From Planctomycetales bacterium (lineage in GTDB: Bacteria > Planctomycetota > Planctomycetia > Pirellulales > Pirellulaceae), in assembly GCA_020426665.1 (NCBI GenBank), contig JAGQPO010000148.1:1-54357 (forward strand): a DNA stretch of 54,357 nucleotides, read 5' to 3'. This document shows, in pieces, positions 41,046-50,505 of the stretch; position 1 is the stretch's first letter, and the number at the start of each line of letters is the position of its first letter. Made by a program: the position numbers and the translations under genes. The notes under the pieces were generated by a model, which made no database searches, was not told where the DNA came from, and saw only the letters and a program-made list of their open reading frames with translations.

Positions 41046-41070
41046 CGCTCCGCCAATTCTTCATTTGGGG

Positions 41071-41132
41071 GTACGACGGACTTCCATTCCGTCGACAAGT
41101 GTCGATTTCGACGGACTGGATGTCCGTCGTAC
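41071..41132. repeat. REP-like inverted doublet (possible bidirectional terminator) between convergent genes
   Basis: GTACGACGGACTTCCATTCCGTCGA (41071-41095) and TCGACGGACTGGATGTCCGTCGTAC (41108-41132) are complementary at 23 of 25 positions. Each arm is itself a hairpin. Confidence 0.8.
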
Positions 41133-41234
41133 AAGTCGCGATTGACCCTAATATTCAATTTCGACGAAACACTAGAACCATGCCAAATCCGCGAGCGTCG
41201 ATATTTTTCAGCGGCAACAGGCGCCGGACGTCTG

Positions 41235-44200
41235 TTACGCGTCCCATTGTTGCAGTGACATTGCGATCCGACGCAGTTTTGGTTTGTTCTTTTCGATTGC
41301 CATCAATCCGACCATCAGCATCACTCCGGTGCTGATGCCGAATACCCACCACGGCCACACCGCATCCATCTGTTCCTGGGCATGCCAGACCATGCTGGTG
41401 ACGCCGATCAATACAAACGTTGTGCCGAGATAAAGGAACGGTCGAACACGCAGCGCAACACCGGCGCCGGCGCCCAGCAGTGCCAGAGAAATCAACACGA
41501 TCGGACCCCAAATCGTCGAACCAATTCCCTGGATCAGCATGTCGGCCGTACTGGTGATATAAATGGTCAACGTAGCGGCATAGCGAATCGCTGATGCGGT
41601 TGATTGACCGAGTGATTCGCGCTGAAGATGGGTGGCAAGCAGAACACAGATCGCCGGCGGGATCAGCCACGCTTGTGGATGCGTCAGGAATCCCCAGCCC
41701 GGATTCTGTACAAGGAACACCCACAGAGCCATATTCCCAATCACTATCGATACCAATCTTGCACGACCGCTTTTCCATAGGAATGAGACGACGCCGTAGT
41801 AAAGTGCCGCTGCGACCAACAACGCATGATACGAGACACGTCCTTGGATGAAGTGCCAACCGTTGACGTCGGATTGACCAAACAGCGACGTGACCCACGA
41901 TCCACTTAGCCAGAATCCGATCACTGGAACCAACGGCAAGAACAACGCGGTTTGTTTCAATGTCTTGGTCAGGACGTCGTCGCCACGACGGCGAGCCCAC
42001 TCGGTGATTCCGACACTGGCAAAGGCAAGTGTCATAACCACGTAAGGCCAGTACGCGCGAAGACCCAAACTGGCCAGCGGGCTTTTGCAAAGAAACAGAT
42101 GAAACCACGTCAGCCCGCCGAACACCTGTGCCGCAATGATCAATCCGCTCCGGCGACGGTCGCTCAATTGCCACGCATCGCGATACGAAAACCCGGGACC
42201 GCTCAGGATTCCACCGAGCGTACTCAGGACGCTCAACAGAGCAAGCGTTGCGGCCATTCCCAGGAACAGCGGCTTGTCCAAAAGGTCCGTTTGGCCGGAA
42301 ACTCGTACGATCGCCTCTTGCACCAAAGACGCGATCAACGACGCGATCGCCAGCGACAACGCCATCCCAATTCCACTGCGGATCGCCAATTTCCATCGGT
42401 CCAGCAGCCGGTCGCCTAATAGTTTTGGTAACACGAATGCCATGAATGCGGCGATAAATACCCATCCGACAAACCACCGAGTTGACAGTGCCAACAGTGG
42501 CAGAGCATTTGACGCTACGTCATAGCTGGCCCACATCGCAATCGACGACAGCGCGACAACGACCGCGTGGTGTCGAACGATTTCGCGTCCGGTCCGCTCG
42601 GCCAACTCGGCGAGCGCCGCGGCAAGCAACGCAACGCCGCAAATCGCAACCGGAACGATTTTGTCCGAGTTATGGTCCAGCAACAGCCAACTGGAAAGTC
42701 CGAACACAACGACGCCGGGCAGCACCGCAACTCGCATCAGAATCGTCGCCAGGCGGTCGACGGACATCAGCGAAGGCGACGGATCACGCGGAATCATCCC
42801 TGGCCAGTTTCTGTTGACAAGGTTGATCGCACGGCAAATACCACCGACCATAAAAACGACCACGGCAAAGACCGACGCCAACACCAAACAAATGATCGTC
42901 AGCATCGTCGATTGCCCGGCCATTTGATCCATGCCGACGCGGATTCCGATCAGAGTCAGCGATACGAGGACGGTGGCAATGCCAATTTCCGACGTCAACC
43001 GCCTGTGATGACGCACGCACACAGAAGTAGCGGTCGCGATTCCAAATCCCAATCGGACCCATAACAGGGGATCGCTGAATGTCGACAAACGGACCACGAT
43101 CGTCGGAGCAACGATGGATGCCGCCGACTCGATGGCCAATGCCACCAACACAAATAACGCGGCCTCGCCGTCAGCCAACATGGCACGACGCGCGTGATCA
43201 CCGGGATCGCTGCCCGACCGGTCCGGGCAAACCACTCGCCAGACGATTGACCAGCTGCCGATCCAAACGATCATCATCGTCCACATCAAAGTATCCGAAC
43301 CCGCTGTCGCATCAACGGTTCTTGCGACGAAGATCGTCCCCATGACGCCGATGTACCATGACCATCCACGGGCCACGATCGCGGACCGTTTTTCCGTTGC
43401 AATCCCGTGTGAGTTTTCCCAGTGTGCGATGACAGCCCTGGCCGTTACCAGGACTCCGCCGGCAACACAGCCGATCAATCCGACGGTGTAGTGCGGTGCA
43501 GTGGATCCGTCCAGCAAACAAAGAATGGTTGTGCAAACGATTAACGCGCCCGCATGCCAACGGGCAAAACGGTCTGACGCCGCCGAGCCGAACACGTCAC
43601 GGCACGATCGTAGAATTTCCAAGACGGCGATACCGGTCCATACGATCGGCAACAATCGATAGGCGGTCATCGAGGGGATCGCGAACTGCATCAACAACAT
43701 CGCCAGATGGCCCGACATCAAACTGAGCGTGGCTGACCACGAGATTGAAAACGCACTTCTAAGTGACTGGCCCGCAATTCGATTCCACATAACCAAGATC
43801 GATGCGGACGTTGTGGCCAGAATCACGCCCGCCGGGTTGTGCAGGTGAATCCAGCTGGCTTCATCCATCAAGATTCCAGCGATCAACGCGACGCAGGACG
43901 AAATACCAACGGACACGCAAAGAACCATCGACAAATCAATCGCTCCTTGCAGCATCGTGGCGGCGGGTTGGTCCGACCGAGTCGATTTCCAGTGTCCACT
44001 TAAATGCAACGCACCGGCGAATACACCGCTGGCGATCGCCGACGTTTGAATCCAGATCCACCAATCGGCCGGAACCCATAATGGCATCACCAGCAACACA
44101 ATCGCGGGAACCAAGACTGCCGATACTTGTGCCAGAAGCGTTGATCGATAGCGATATCCGAGCCAGCCGGATGTGACCGCAGCCGCCGTCCACCAGAGCG

Positions 44201-47200
44201 CTACCGATACGGTTGTGAACGGATCAGGCGACACACCGTCTCGGATTGCCGGTAACCATCCGCCGGTTAATAGCGCACCGGACGACACAGCGACAAACGT
44301 CAACCCGATCGCCGTCAGCAGACCATCGACGACTCCAAGCTCCAATGTCTTTTCTTTCTCGTCCCGTTTTGATTCCCGTCGCATCAGGTCGGACGCAAAA
44401 CAGCAAACGGTCGCAAACGATGTCGCTAATACCAATTGTTCAGCCGGATCGACCAACATTCGAATGGCAACCTGCCATCCGATCCACGCAAAAACGCCGG
44501 CCATGTGAACGCGTCCAAACACCGACCAACCCAAAACAGACCTGGCCGCATGGTTGCCGCGCCAATGCAGGATAACTCCGCTGACAACCAGCACCATGAT
44601 TGGCAATCCGATCGTTCGATCGATGTCGGCCTCCCAAGCAAGTCCGACTCTGAGAACCAACGATCCAAACGCCAACAGGGATGCCAGCGCCAACGCAGTC
44701 GTTGAACATGCGACGATCGCTCCGCGGGAGGCAACATCCCAAGGTTGAAGGTTGGGATCGTACCAACCCAATCGCCGGGCAAGTGAATCGGATACCAATC
44801 GGTGAAGCGAACGGGAGGTGTTGTTGGGCGTTGAATCAGCTTGAATGTCATCTCGAAATCGTCCGATAGAACGAATCGCAAGATTGAACGCACCGATGAC
44901 TGTGACCAGCGACCATCCCAATGCGGACCATGCCCATAGCGCGATACCACTTCGCCAAGCTTCGAAAGTCAGCAATGAATCGTTGAAGTAGTGATGGCCG
45001 ACGACGACCGCCGTCAACACCAAAAAGAGGCGAGCGAGTCCCAGGTGGATTTCACTGCGATCGGTCAATCCGATCCACAACCAACCGAGTACGCCGGCGG
45101 ACAACGCCAGCATCACCTTTTGCGTGTCCAGCGAATGGGCAATTGGATCGCGGAGATTCGCCAATAGCAACAAGATCGCGATGGATGCACCCACAAAGAG
45201 AAAGCCCGAAGCATACGATCGAAGCGCGGTCGCGATCGGTTTGCGGTGCATTGCAAATTCCGCCGAAACAATGGCACAAAACGCCGTCGCCATCACCGTC
45301 AGAAGCGCCGGTGAGAGTCCTTGGAATTCTTGGCCGATGACGACCGGTTTGATGACGGAAAGCCAAAACGCGAACATGACGGCAGTCGTTCCGCCGGCGA
45401 TCCAATTGGGATTCGTGTTGATCGAAACGCGTGATGCGATCGTCACCGCGGCAACCGCTGTGGAGCCCAAAATGACCGAAAGTACCCACGCCGGAACGAT
45501 ACCCATCAAGCTTTCCGGCGCAACCGTCAAGATTGCCGCGTTGACGGTTGCAAAGGACAACCATCCGCCGGACGATAACAACATCGCCTTGCGGTGATCC
45601 GCCGCACGCATCGCCGCGGACAGCACCAACCCGACCAGACCGACGGCGATCGCGGCCAACATCGGCTCGCCGCCAAGAACTCGTTTCCAGACCGGCAGCT
45701 CGCTCCAAATCACGTCGGACGCAATTGCCGGTGAGCTGAGTACGACGGCCAATCCGATCGGCAACGTTGCGACAACGGTCCAGCGGTGACGATTGATGAC
45801 GAATGCTGCTACGGCGGCTGCCGCTGAAAACGAGACGGCCCAGATCCATAGCCAACCCATCGATACCATCATCGGCACAATCAGCACACCGGCGGCAAGT
45901 AAGCCGAACCACGACAGCACCGTTCCGGCCAACGCGAGCTTGGGTTGCTTTGAATGACTAGACAGCGATCCGAACGACGCGGCGAGCATGACGACACCGG
46001 GCAAGGTTGCCGCTGCGATCGCCAGCCAACTGGATTCGGTCGTGCGTAACATGAATGCAAGGTAACCCGCCAACGTTGCCAGCGAAAAACTGATGATGCC
46101 AAGTGTCATCACCCGGCGTCCGGTTGCGGCGCCTTTGAGTTCACGACGCCGCGAGAACATCCACCACAACGCGGCAACCACTGCGATCGATCCCGCATAC
46201 GCGACGAATCCCGCCGAGGTCTGCCAGGTGCGAATCGATGCCAGGACAAACGGCAAGACGGCTGCCGGACCGGCGACGCCAATCGTCATCGGTAGCGCGT
46301 CGGATGATCCCACCAGCGCCCGGCTGGCTTGCCAAATCAATGTGACGTAAACAGCCCCAGCGGCCAGGATGGACAGGACCGTGATCGGATCGTCCAGTGC
46401 AACCGCCGTGGTGTCGGTGCCACCGGTTGAAAGGCCGGCGAGTATCCCCAGCGGTACCAAGAGTGTGGCAATGACCAAGGTTGCCCGACTGCTGTCCTGC
46501 AGTCGCCAGCGAAACAACGTGTAAAAGCCGGCGCCGAAAATGGCAGCATTCCCACCCAAAAAGATCAAGGACGGAATGACGCGATGCATCTGAGTGAGCG
46601 TCGTCCACAGGCTGACAACCAATCCGATCGAACAGACGACGATCAACAAACCTGCGATCAATTCGCCCCAACGAATGTTGTGTTCGGCCAGAAACTCGGC
46701 CAGCGATTTACCGGCCGAAGCTCGCGCCGATGTGACCGGTGGTCGAGCAGACGGCTCAACCGCTAACGCAGGCTGCGCGAGTCCTGTCGGTGGCGTGGAC
46801 GGAGTCTCCTCGGTTGACGCAGTGACGGGAGCCATCGCAGAGGTGACGGGCCGCGGTGCCAGAAATTCATCGAGCGTCTGTTGTCGCGGCGGCATCGGCG
46901 AGGCGATCGCTGCCGGTACAGCGGTATCGTCTGCGTGTACATGTTCCGTCGTCGGGGTGGGACGGGATTCTAAAACGATCTCGGCTTCGGCAACGGGGCC
47001 GATCGGATTGACCAACGCTGTTGCAGGACCGCCGAGTTGATCGATTTTTCGACGAAGCTCTTGCGCCTGTTGCGGACTGATCAGCATGGCGCCGGCCAGG
47101 CGGCTGATGATCCGATGTGCCGCAGCGCTATCGTCGCTGCGTTTTTCAACGGTTGTCTTGGTCGGTCCGATATCAAAGATCGCCCGAAAAACCGCTGCAA

Positions 47201-47273
47201 CCGCCACCCACGACAGATGGCCGATCAGAGTGATGATCAGCCAAACCAAAAACAGGGCAAGAAATTCAATCAT
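41235..47273 (-). CDS. Very large polytopic membrane protein of unknown function (DUF2157/DUF2339-like N-terminal part)
   Basis: 2012-aa ORF: N-terminal TM helix, Pro/Ala/Thr linker, FLAEHNIRWGELIAGLLIV, then dozens of hydrophobic segments to the C-terminus. The family call is from memory. Confidence 0.85.
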   Translation of the reverse strand: MIEFLALFLVWLIITLIGHLSWVAVAAVFRAIFDIGPTKTTVEKRSDDSAAAHRIISRLAGAMLISPQQAQELRRKIDQLGGPATALVNPIGPVAEAEIVLESRPTPTTEHVHADDTAVPAAIASPMPPRQQTLDEFLAPRPVTSAMAPVTASTEETPSTPPTGLAQPALAVEPSARPPVTSARASAGKSLAEFLAEHNIRWGELIAGLLIVVCSIGLVVSLWTTLTQMHRVIPSLIFLGGNAAIFGAGFYTLFRWRLQDSSRATLVIATLLVPLGILAGLSTGGTDTTAVALDDPITVLSILAAGAVYVTLIWQASRALVGSSDALPMTIGVAGPAAVLPFVLASIRTWQTSAGFVAYAGSIAVVAALWWMFSRRRELKGAATGRRVMTLGIISFSLATLAGYLAFMLRTTESSWLAIAAATLPGVVMLAASFGSLSSHSKQPKLALAGTVLSWFGLLAAGVLIVPMMVSMGWLWIWAVSFSAAAAVAAFVINRHRWTVVATLPIGLAVVLSSPAIASDVIWSELPVWKRVLGGEPMLAAIAVGLVGLVLSAAMRAADHRKAMLLSSGGWLSFATVNAAILTVAPESLMGIVPAWVLSVILGSTAVAAVTIASRVSINTNPNWIAGGTTAVMFAFWLSVIKPVVIGQEFQGLSPALLTVMATAFCAIVSAEFAMHRKPIATALRSYASGFLFVGASIAILLLLANLRDPIAHSLDTQKVMLALSAGVLGWLWIGLTDRSEIHLGLARLFLVLTAVVVGHHYFNDSLLTFEAWRSGIALWAWSALGWSLVTVIGAFNLAIRSIGRFRDDIQADSTPNNTSRSLHRLVSDSLARRLGWYDPNLQPWDVASRGAIVACSTTALALASLLAFGSLVLRVGLAWEADIDRTIGLPIMVLVVSGVILHWRGNHAARSVLGWSVFGRVHMAGVFAWIGWQVAIRMLVDPAEQLVLATSFATVCCFASDLMRRESKRDEKEKTLELGVVDGLLTAIGLTFVAVSSGALLTGGWLPAIRDGVSPDPFTTVSVALWWTAAAVTSGWLGYRYRSTLLAQVSAVLVPAIVLLVMPLWVPADWWIWIQTSAIASGVFAGALHLSGHWKSTRSDQPAATMLQGAIDLSMVLCVSVGISSCVALIAGILMDEASWIHLHNPAGVILATTSASILVMWNRIAGQSLRSAFSISWSATLSLMSGHLAMLLMQFAIPSMTAYRLLPIVWTGIAVLEILRSCRDVFGSAASDRFARWHAGALIVCTTILCLLDGSTAPHYTVGLIGCVAGGVLVTARAVIAHWENSHGIATEKRSAIVARGWSWYIGVMGTIFVARTVDATAGSDTLMWTMMIVWIGSWSIVWRVVCPDRSGSDPGDHARRAMLADGEAALFVLVALAIESAASIVAPTIVVRLSTFSDPLLWVRLGFGIATATSVCVRHHRRLTSEIGIATVLVSLTLIGIRVGMDQMAGQSTMLTIICLVLASVFAVVVFMVGGICRAINLVNRNWPGMIPRDPSPSLMSVDRLATILMRVAVLPGVVVFGLSSWLLLDHNSDKIVPVAICGVALLAAALAELAERTGREIVRHHAVVVALSSIAMWASYDVASNALPLLALSTRWFVGWVFIAAFMAFVLPKLLGDRLLDRWKLAIRSGIGMALSLAIASLIASLVQEAIVRVSGQTDLLDKPLFLGMAATLALLSVLSTLGGILSGPGFSYRDAWQLSDRRRSGLIIAAQVFGGLTWFHLFLCKSPLASLGLRAYWPYVVMTLAFASVGITEWARRRGDDVLTKTLKQTALFLPLVPVIGFWLSGSWVTSLFGQSDVNGWHFIQGRVSYHALLVAAALYYGVVSFLWKSGRARLVSIVIGNMALWVFLVQNPGWGFLTHPQAWLIPPAICVLLATHLQRESLGQSTASAIRYAATLTIYITSTADMLIQGIGSTIWGPIVLISLALLGAGAGVALRVRPFLYLGTTFVLIGVTSMVWHAQEQMDAVWPWWVFGISTGVMLMVGLMAIEKNKPKLRRIAMSLQQWDA

Positions 47274-47464
47274 CGGAGTTGGCCAATAAACGAGCCCTGG
47301 GAGCAGAATCGAAACTTTCAGAGAAGGAAGAGCCTCGCTGTCCCCAATTGTTTCGTTCTATTCTAGGTCATCGCTGAGCAGGCGTTCCGTCATCGCTCCA
47401 TCAGCATTCGGCCAGGATTCCGCCATCGCGCGACGATCGCGACGTCGGCGTGAACCGGGCGAGA

Positions 47465-48670
47465 TCAGTCACCGCCGATGACGCTGCCGCCACCTTCGTC
47501 AGCCTTCTTTGGTTTGAACGAGAATTTCGTTGTCGTCGGTTTGCGTTGCGTTCGCCGGGCCATCACGTCGGATCGGCCTTCCGGTCGGCGGCGATTTCCC
47601 GCCGACTTCTTTTTGCCAGACCGTTTCTTCTTTGTTCCGCCGCCGGTCGGTACGCGTCGCGACGATTCATTTTCCACTTCGTCGCGACTGTGTTCGATGG
47701 CCGTACGTAAACGACGAACCTCTTCGCGCGTCAGCGCGCGATGAGCACCGACCGGCAGGTCACCCATCCTTAGCGGACCGATCGCGATCCGCCGCAAGAT
47801 CTGGACCTTGTGCCCCAATCGCGCCAAGATCCGCCGGATTTCGCGGTTCTTGCCTTCGCGAAGGGTGATTTCCAATTCCGTTGCTCGGCCGCGCGTTTTG
47901 AGTATTTTGGCGCCTTCCACGCGGACAAATCCGTCCGAGATGTAGATCCCCTTTCTCATGCTGCGCATCGTTTCGCCATCGATTTTTCCTGCGACGGTAA
48001 CGCGATAGACTTTGCGAATTCCGTATTTCGGGTGGGCCAACTGTTGTGCCAGGTCACCGTCGTTGGTCAACAGCATCAATCCTTGACTGCTTTGGTCCAA
48101 ACGTCCTACCGGAAAAACTCGTTCGCTATTGGGAACCAGGTCAATGACGCGTTGGCGGCCTCGCGGGTCGGCGTTGGTACTTAAGTATCCCGTCGGCTTG
48201 TTGACCACATAATAGACAAGTTTCTGTTGACGTAGCGGTACGCCATCAACGCGCACCTTGCTGGTCTGCGGATCGACCACCGTCCCCAATTCCGACACGA
48301 CCTTGCCGTCGACATCGACTCGCCCTTCTTCGATCATCGATTCGCATTGCCGCCGACTTCCATAGCCGGCGGCGGCAAGCAGTCGCTGCAAACGCTGTGG
48401 TTTGTCACGTGTGCTGGCCGCTGAAGGCTTGGCCGCGGAAGTACTGCCGGCCTGCGGCGAGGCGGCTTTGGCAGTGACGGCGGATCGGCGCGCCGGGCGC
48501 TTCGGCTTGTCTCCCGAGGCCGGTGAAGCGTCCGCGTCAGGACCAGCTGATGGGCGACCGGCTGATGGGCGTTTGCTCGACTTCTTCTTCCCCCCAGCCG
48601 ACTTGCCCGTGGACGCCTTGCGGCCGAACGACTTTTTGCTGGGAGCGTTTTTGTAGGATCGACGAGCCAT
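47465..48670 (-). CDS. rluB: rRNA pseudouridine synthase, RsuA/RluB family (S4 plus catalytic domain)
   Basis: S4 domain RLQRLLAAAGYGSRR..EEGRVDVDG; NKPTGY; catalytic VGRLD; EGKNREIRR; RIAIGPL. Basic disordered tails. ATG at 48670 chosen (TTG at 48688 is an alternative). The exact paralog is uncertain. Confidence 0.85.
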   Translation of the reverse strand: MARRSYKNAPSKKSFGRKASTGKSAGGKKKSSKRPSAGRPSAGPDADASPASGDKPKRPARRSAVTAKAASPQAGSTSAAKPSAASTRDKPQRLQRLLAAAGYGSRRQCESMIEEGRVDVDGKVVSELGTVVDPQTSKVRVDGVPLRQQKLVYYVVNKPTGYLSTNADPRGRQRVIDLVPNSERVFPVGRLDQSSQGLMLLTNDGDLAQQLAHPKYGIRKVYRVTVAGKIDGETMRSMRKGIYISDGFVRVEGAKILKTRGRATELEITLREGKNREIRRILARLGHKVQILRRIAIGPLRMGDLPVGAHRALTREEVRRLRTAIEHSRDEVENESSRRVPTGGGTKKKRSGKKKSAGNRRRPEGRSDVMARRTQRKPTTTKFSFKPKKADEGGGSVIGGD

Positions 48671-48801
48671 GGGACTTTCTGTGGTCAAGTAAAAGGTTTT
48701 CGCGAACCTTCCAGATTACCAGAGAGATACGATTGCGATAGTCGAGTTTACGCGTATTCCGGTACAGAGTCGTTAATTGCAACAGTCGTCTCCGCCCCGA
48801 A

Positions 48802-50244
48802 CTACAGCAGGTGCTTGGCTTTGATTTCCAAATACTGGTTTACCAGCGGGGCGGTCAATTCATCGGGAAAGGTATCGACCAGCAAGACGCCTCGGTGTTC
48901 CAAGTCTTTCAGAACTTGGTCGCGCCAGATCAAGATATCGGCCGCTGCGGCCGCACGGTACATATTCATCTCGCCGCCGTCGGGATGATCGGCCGCGTCG
49001 TACAACGTTCGGTCTCGAAGGATGACTCCCATCGGCAAATGCTGGCCGTTGATGTTGCCCAAGTAGTCGGTGATCGCAGCCGCATTGACCTCGTCGATCA
49101 CATTGGTGGCCAACACGACAAGAGACCGACGTTTGCAATGATTTCTCAGATACAGGAATGCCTGGTCGTACCTGGATTCGACCATCCGCGGGAATTGATC
49201 AAAGCAGGCGTGGATCAGACGGTTCATTTGGCTTTTTCCACCCTGGGGTGGAATGTAGGCGTGAACCGTATCGGAAAAGCACAGCATCCCGACCGCGTCA
49301 CCTTGATGAAGTGCAACGTAGGACATCATCAAAGCGGAATTGAGTGCGTGATCCAGCAACGTGTATCCGTCGCGCGTGTTGGTCATCATGCGGCCGCAAT
49401 CGAGCAAAAAGATGACTCGTTGGCTCTGGTCACTTTGAAATTGGCGAACGGTCAACTTGTTGCGGCGGGCGGTGCTGCGCCAATCAATATGACGGAAATT
49501 GTCGTCGCGGCTGTAATCACGAAGACGCTCGAAGTCGCTGTCCTGTCCGATCCGACGCGTCCGGCGAACACCAATCAAACTGAGTCGATTTGTGCGAGCC
49601 AACAGCGCATAATCGGTCAACTGTTTCATGTCGGGATAGACATTCAATTGACTCTCAAGTGGGATTTGTAAGTAACGTTGCCACAGACGCAGCGGGCTGT
49701 AAAAACGAAGTGAAACATATTCCAACTTAAAAGCGCCCCGGCGTCCGGGTGTCAGCTTGCGCCGAAAAATGACACGCCCCTTGGAAGGAAGCCGTAATCG
49801 GTGCCGGTCCGGAGCGGAATGAAAGCCAGCCGGTAAATCATCCCGGACGTCTCCGACAAGCGTCAGGCGGGTCAGGTTTTCGATCGTCAGATCACTGTCC
49901 ACCGGCACACCCAACGAACAGGAGTGGGCGATTTCGCGACTGGCGTCGATACCGCGATTGGTCCCCAAATAGATCGACAGAAAATCAATGGTTGCAACAA
50001 TAAACAGCAACCAATCCAACGCCATCACCCAAACGAATCCGTCCGGCGTAAACACCGTGAACACGCTGCTGACCAGCGTAAACGCCAGCACAGCAATCCA
50101 CAGTCGAGTCGGGAAGGTGTGGAATTTCCATGCCGTCACCGCCAACGGCACGGCGAAAAGAAACAGCATCAGCCAGGGCAATTGGCTGTAGACCTGGAAT
50201 TGGCCTTCGATGATCTGGCGGAGGGCGTCGTTCATGACGCCCAT
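48802..50244 (-). CDS. DUF58 domain-containing protein (MoxR-associated, vWA-like)
   Basis: N-terminal TM segments; RRGAF; LNVYP; DFERLRDYSRDDNFRHIDWRSTARRNKL; LLDCGRMM; GDAVG; YLEIKA. Alternative start at 50235. Confidence 0.9.
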   Translation of the reverse strand: MGVMNDALRQIIEGQFQVYSQLPWLMLFLFAVPLAVTAWKFHTFPTRLWIAVLAFTLVSSVFTVFTPDGFVWVMALDWLLFIVATIDFLSIYLGTNRGIDASREIAHSCSLGVPVDSDLTIENLTRLTLVGDVRDDLPAGFHSAPDRHRLRLPSKGRVIFRRKLTPGRRGAFKLEYVSLRFYSPLRLWQRYLQIPLESQLNVYPDMKQLTDYALLARTNRLSLIGVRRTRRIGQDSDFERLRDYSRDDNFRHIDWRSTARRNKLTVRQFQSDQSQRVIFLLDCGRMMTNTRDGYTLLDHALNSALMMSYVALHQGDAVGMLCFSDTVHAYIPPQGGKSQMNRLIHACFDQFPRMVESRYDQAFLYLRNHCKRRSLVVLATNVIDEVNAAAITDYLGNINGQHLPMGVILRDRTLYDAADHPDGGEMNMYRAAAAADILIWRDQVLKDLEHRGVLLVDTFPDELTAPLVNQYLEIKAKHLL

Positions 50245-50367
50245 CGTAGCGAGAATCGACGCCGAAGTGTTTCACCAAACAGCGTTCCTTTCGATCAGCC
50301 GCTATGAACGCTCACGCCAGCTCCCCCGGAGAGCCGCAGCAAGCGTTTTGTTCCGTCTAAATCTTAG

Positions 50368-50439
50368 GGTAGCGGAACTCGTCAAGAGTTTCGTGGTGGA
50401 GTCAGGAATCGCGGAAAGCCGCCGACGATTTCCGCTACC
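50368..50439. repeat. GTAG-type REP doublet (REPIN-like)
   Basis: GGTAGCGGAACTCGTCAAGAGTTTCG ... GAAAGCCGCCGACGATTTCCGCTACC. Perfect 10-bp terminal IR (GGTAGCGGAA/TTCCGCTACC); GTAG tetranucleotide followed by a hairpin. Confidence 0.75.
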
Positions 50440-50505
50440 ATCGAAACCCTATTTCTCAGTTGCAGCAAATGCACCAGCGATCAACGGCGGCACGCATGCC
50501 CCGCG

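Noticed and set aside
822-41021. Numerous antisense and alternate-frame ORFs inside the giant gene (e.g. 12831-14012, 25563-26609, 27735-29045)
   Set aside because: Expected shadow ORFs from GC-rich codon bias and Gly/Asp repeats; none has protein-family features.
777-41045. Calling the giant protein an RTX/MARTX toxin or an autotransporter
   Set aside because: No recognisable effector, cysteine-protease or acylation-dependent pore domain and no adjacent T1SS genes. The passenger-like stretch at ~39600-40460 is not followed by a beta-barrel.
41155-42477. 440-aa minus-strand ORF overlapping the membrane protein
   Set aside because: An alternate frame of a clearly coding gene, with Arg-rich nonsense composition.
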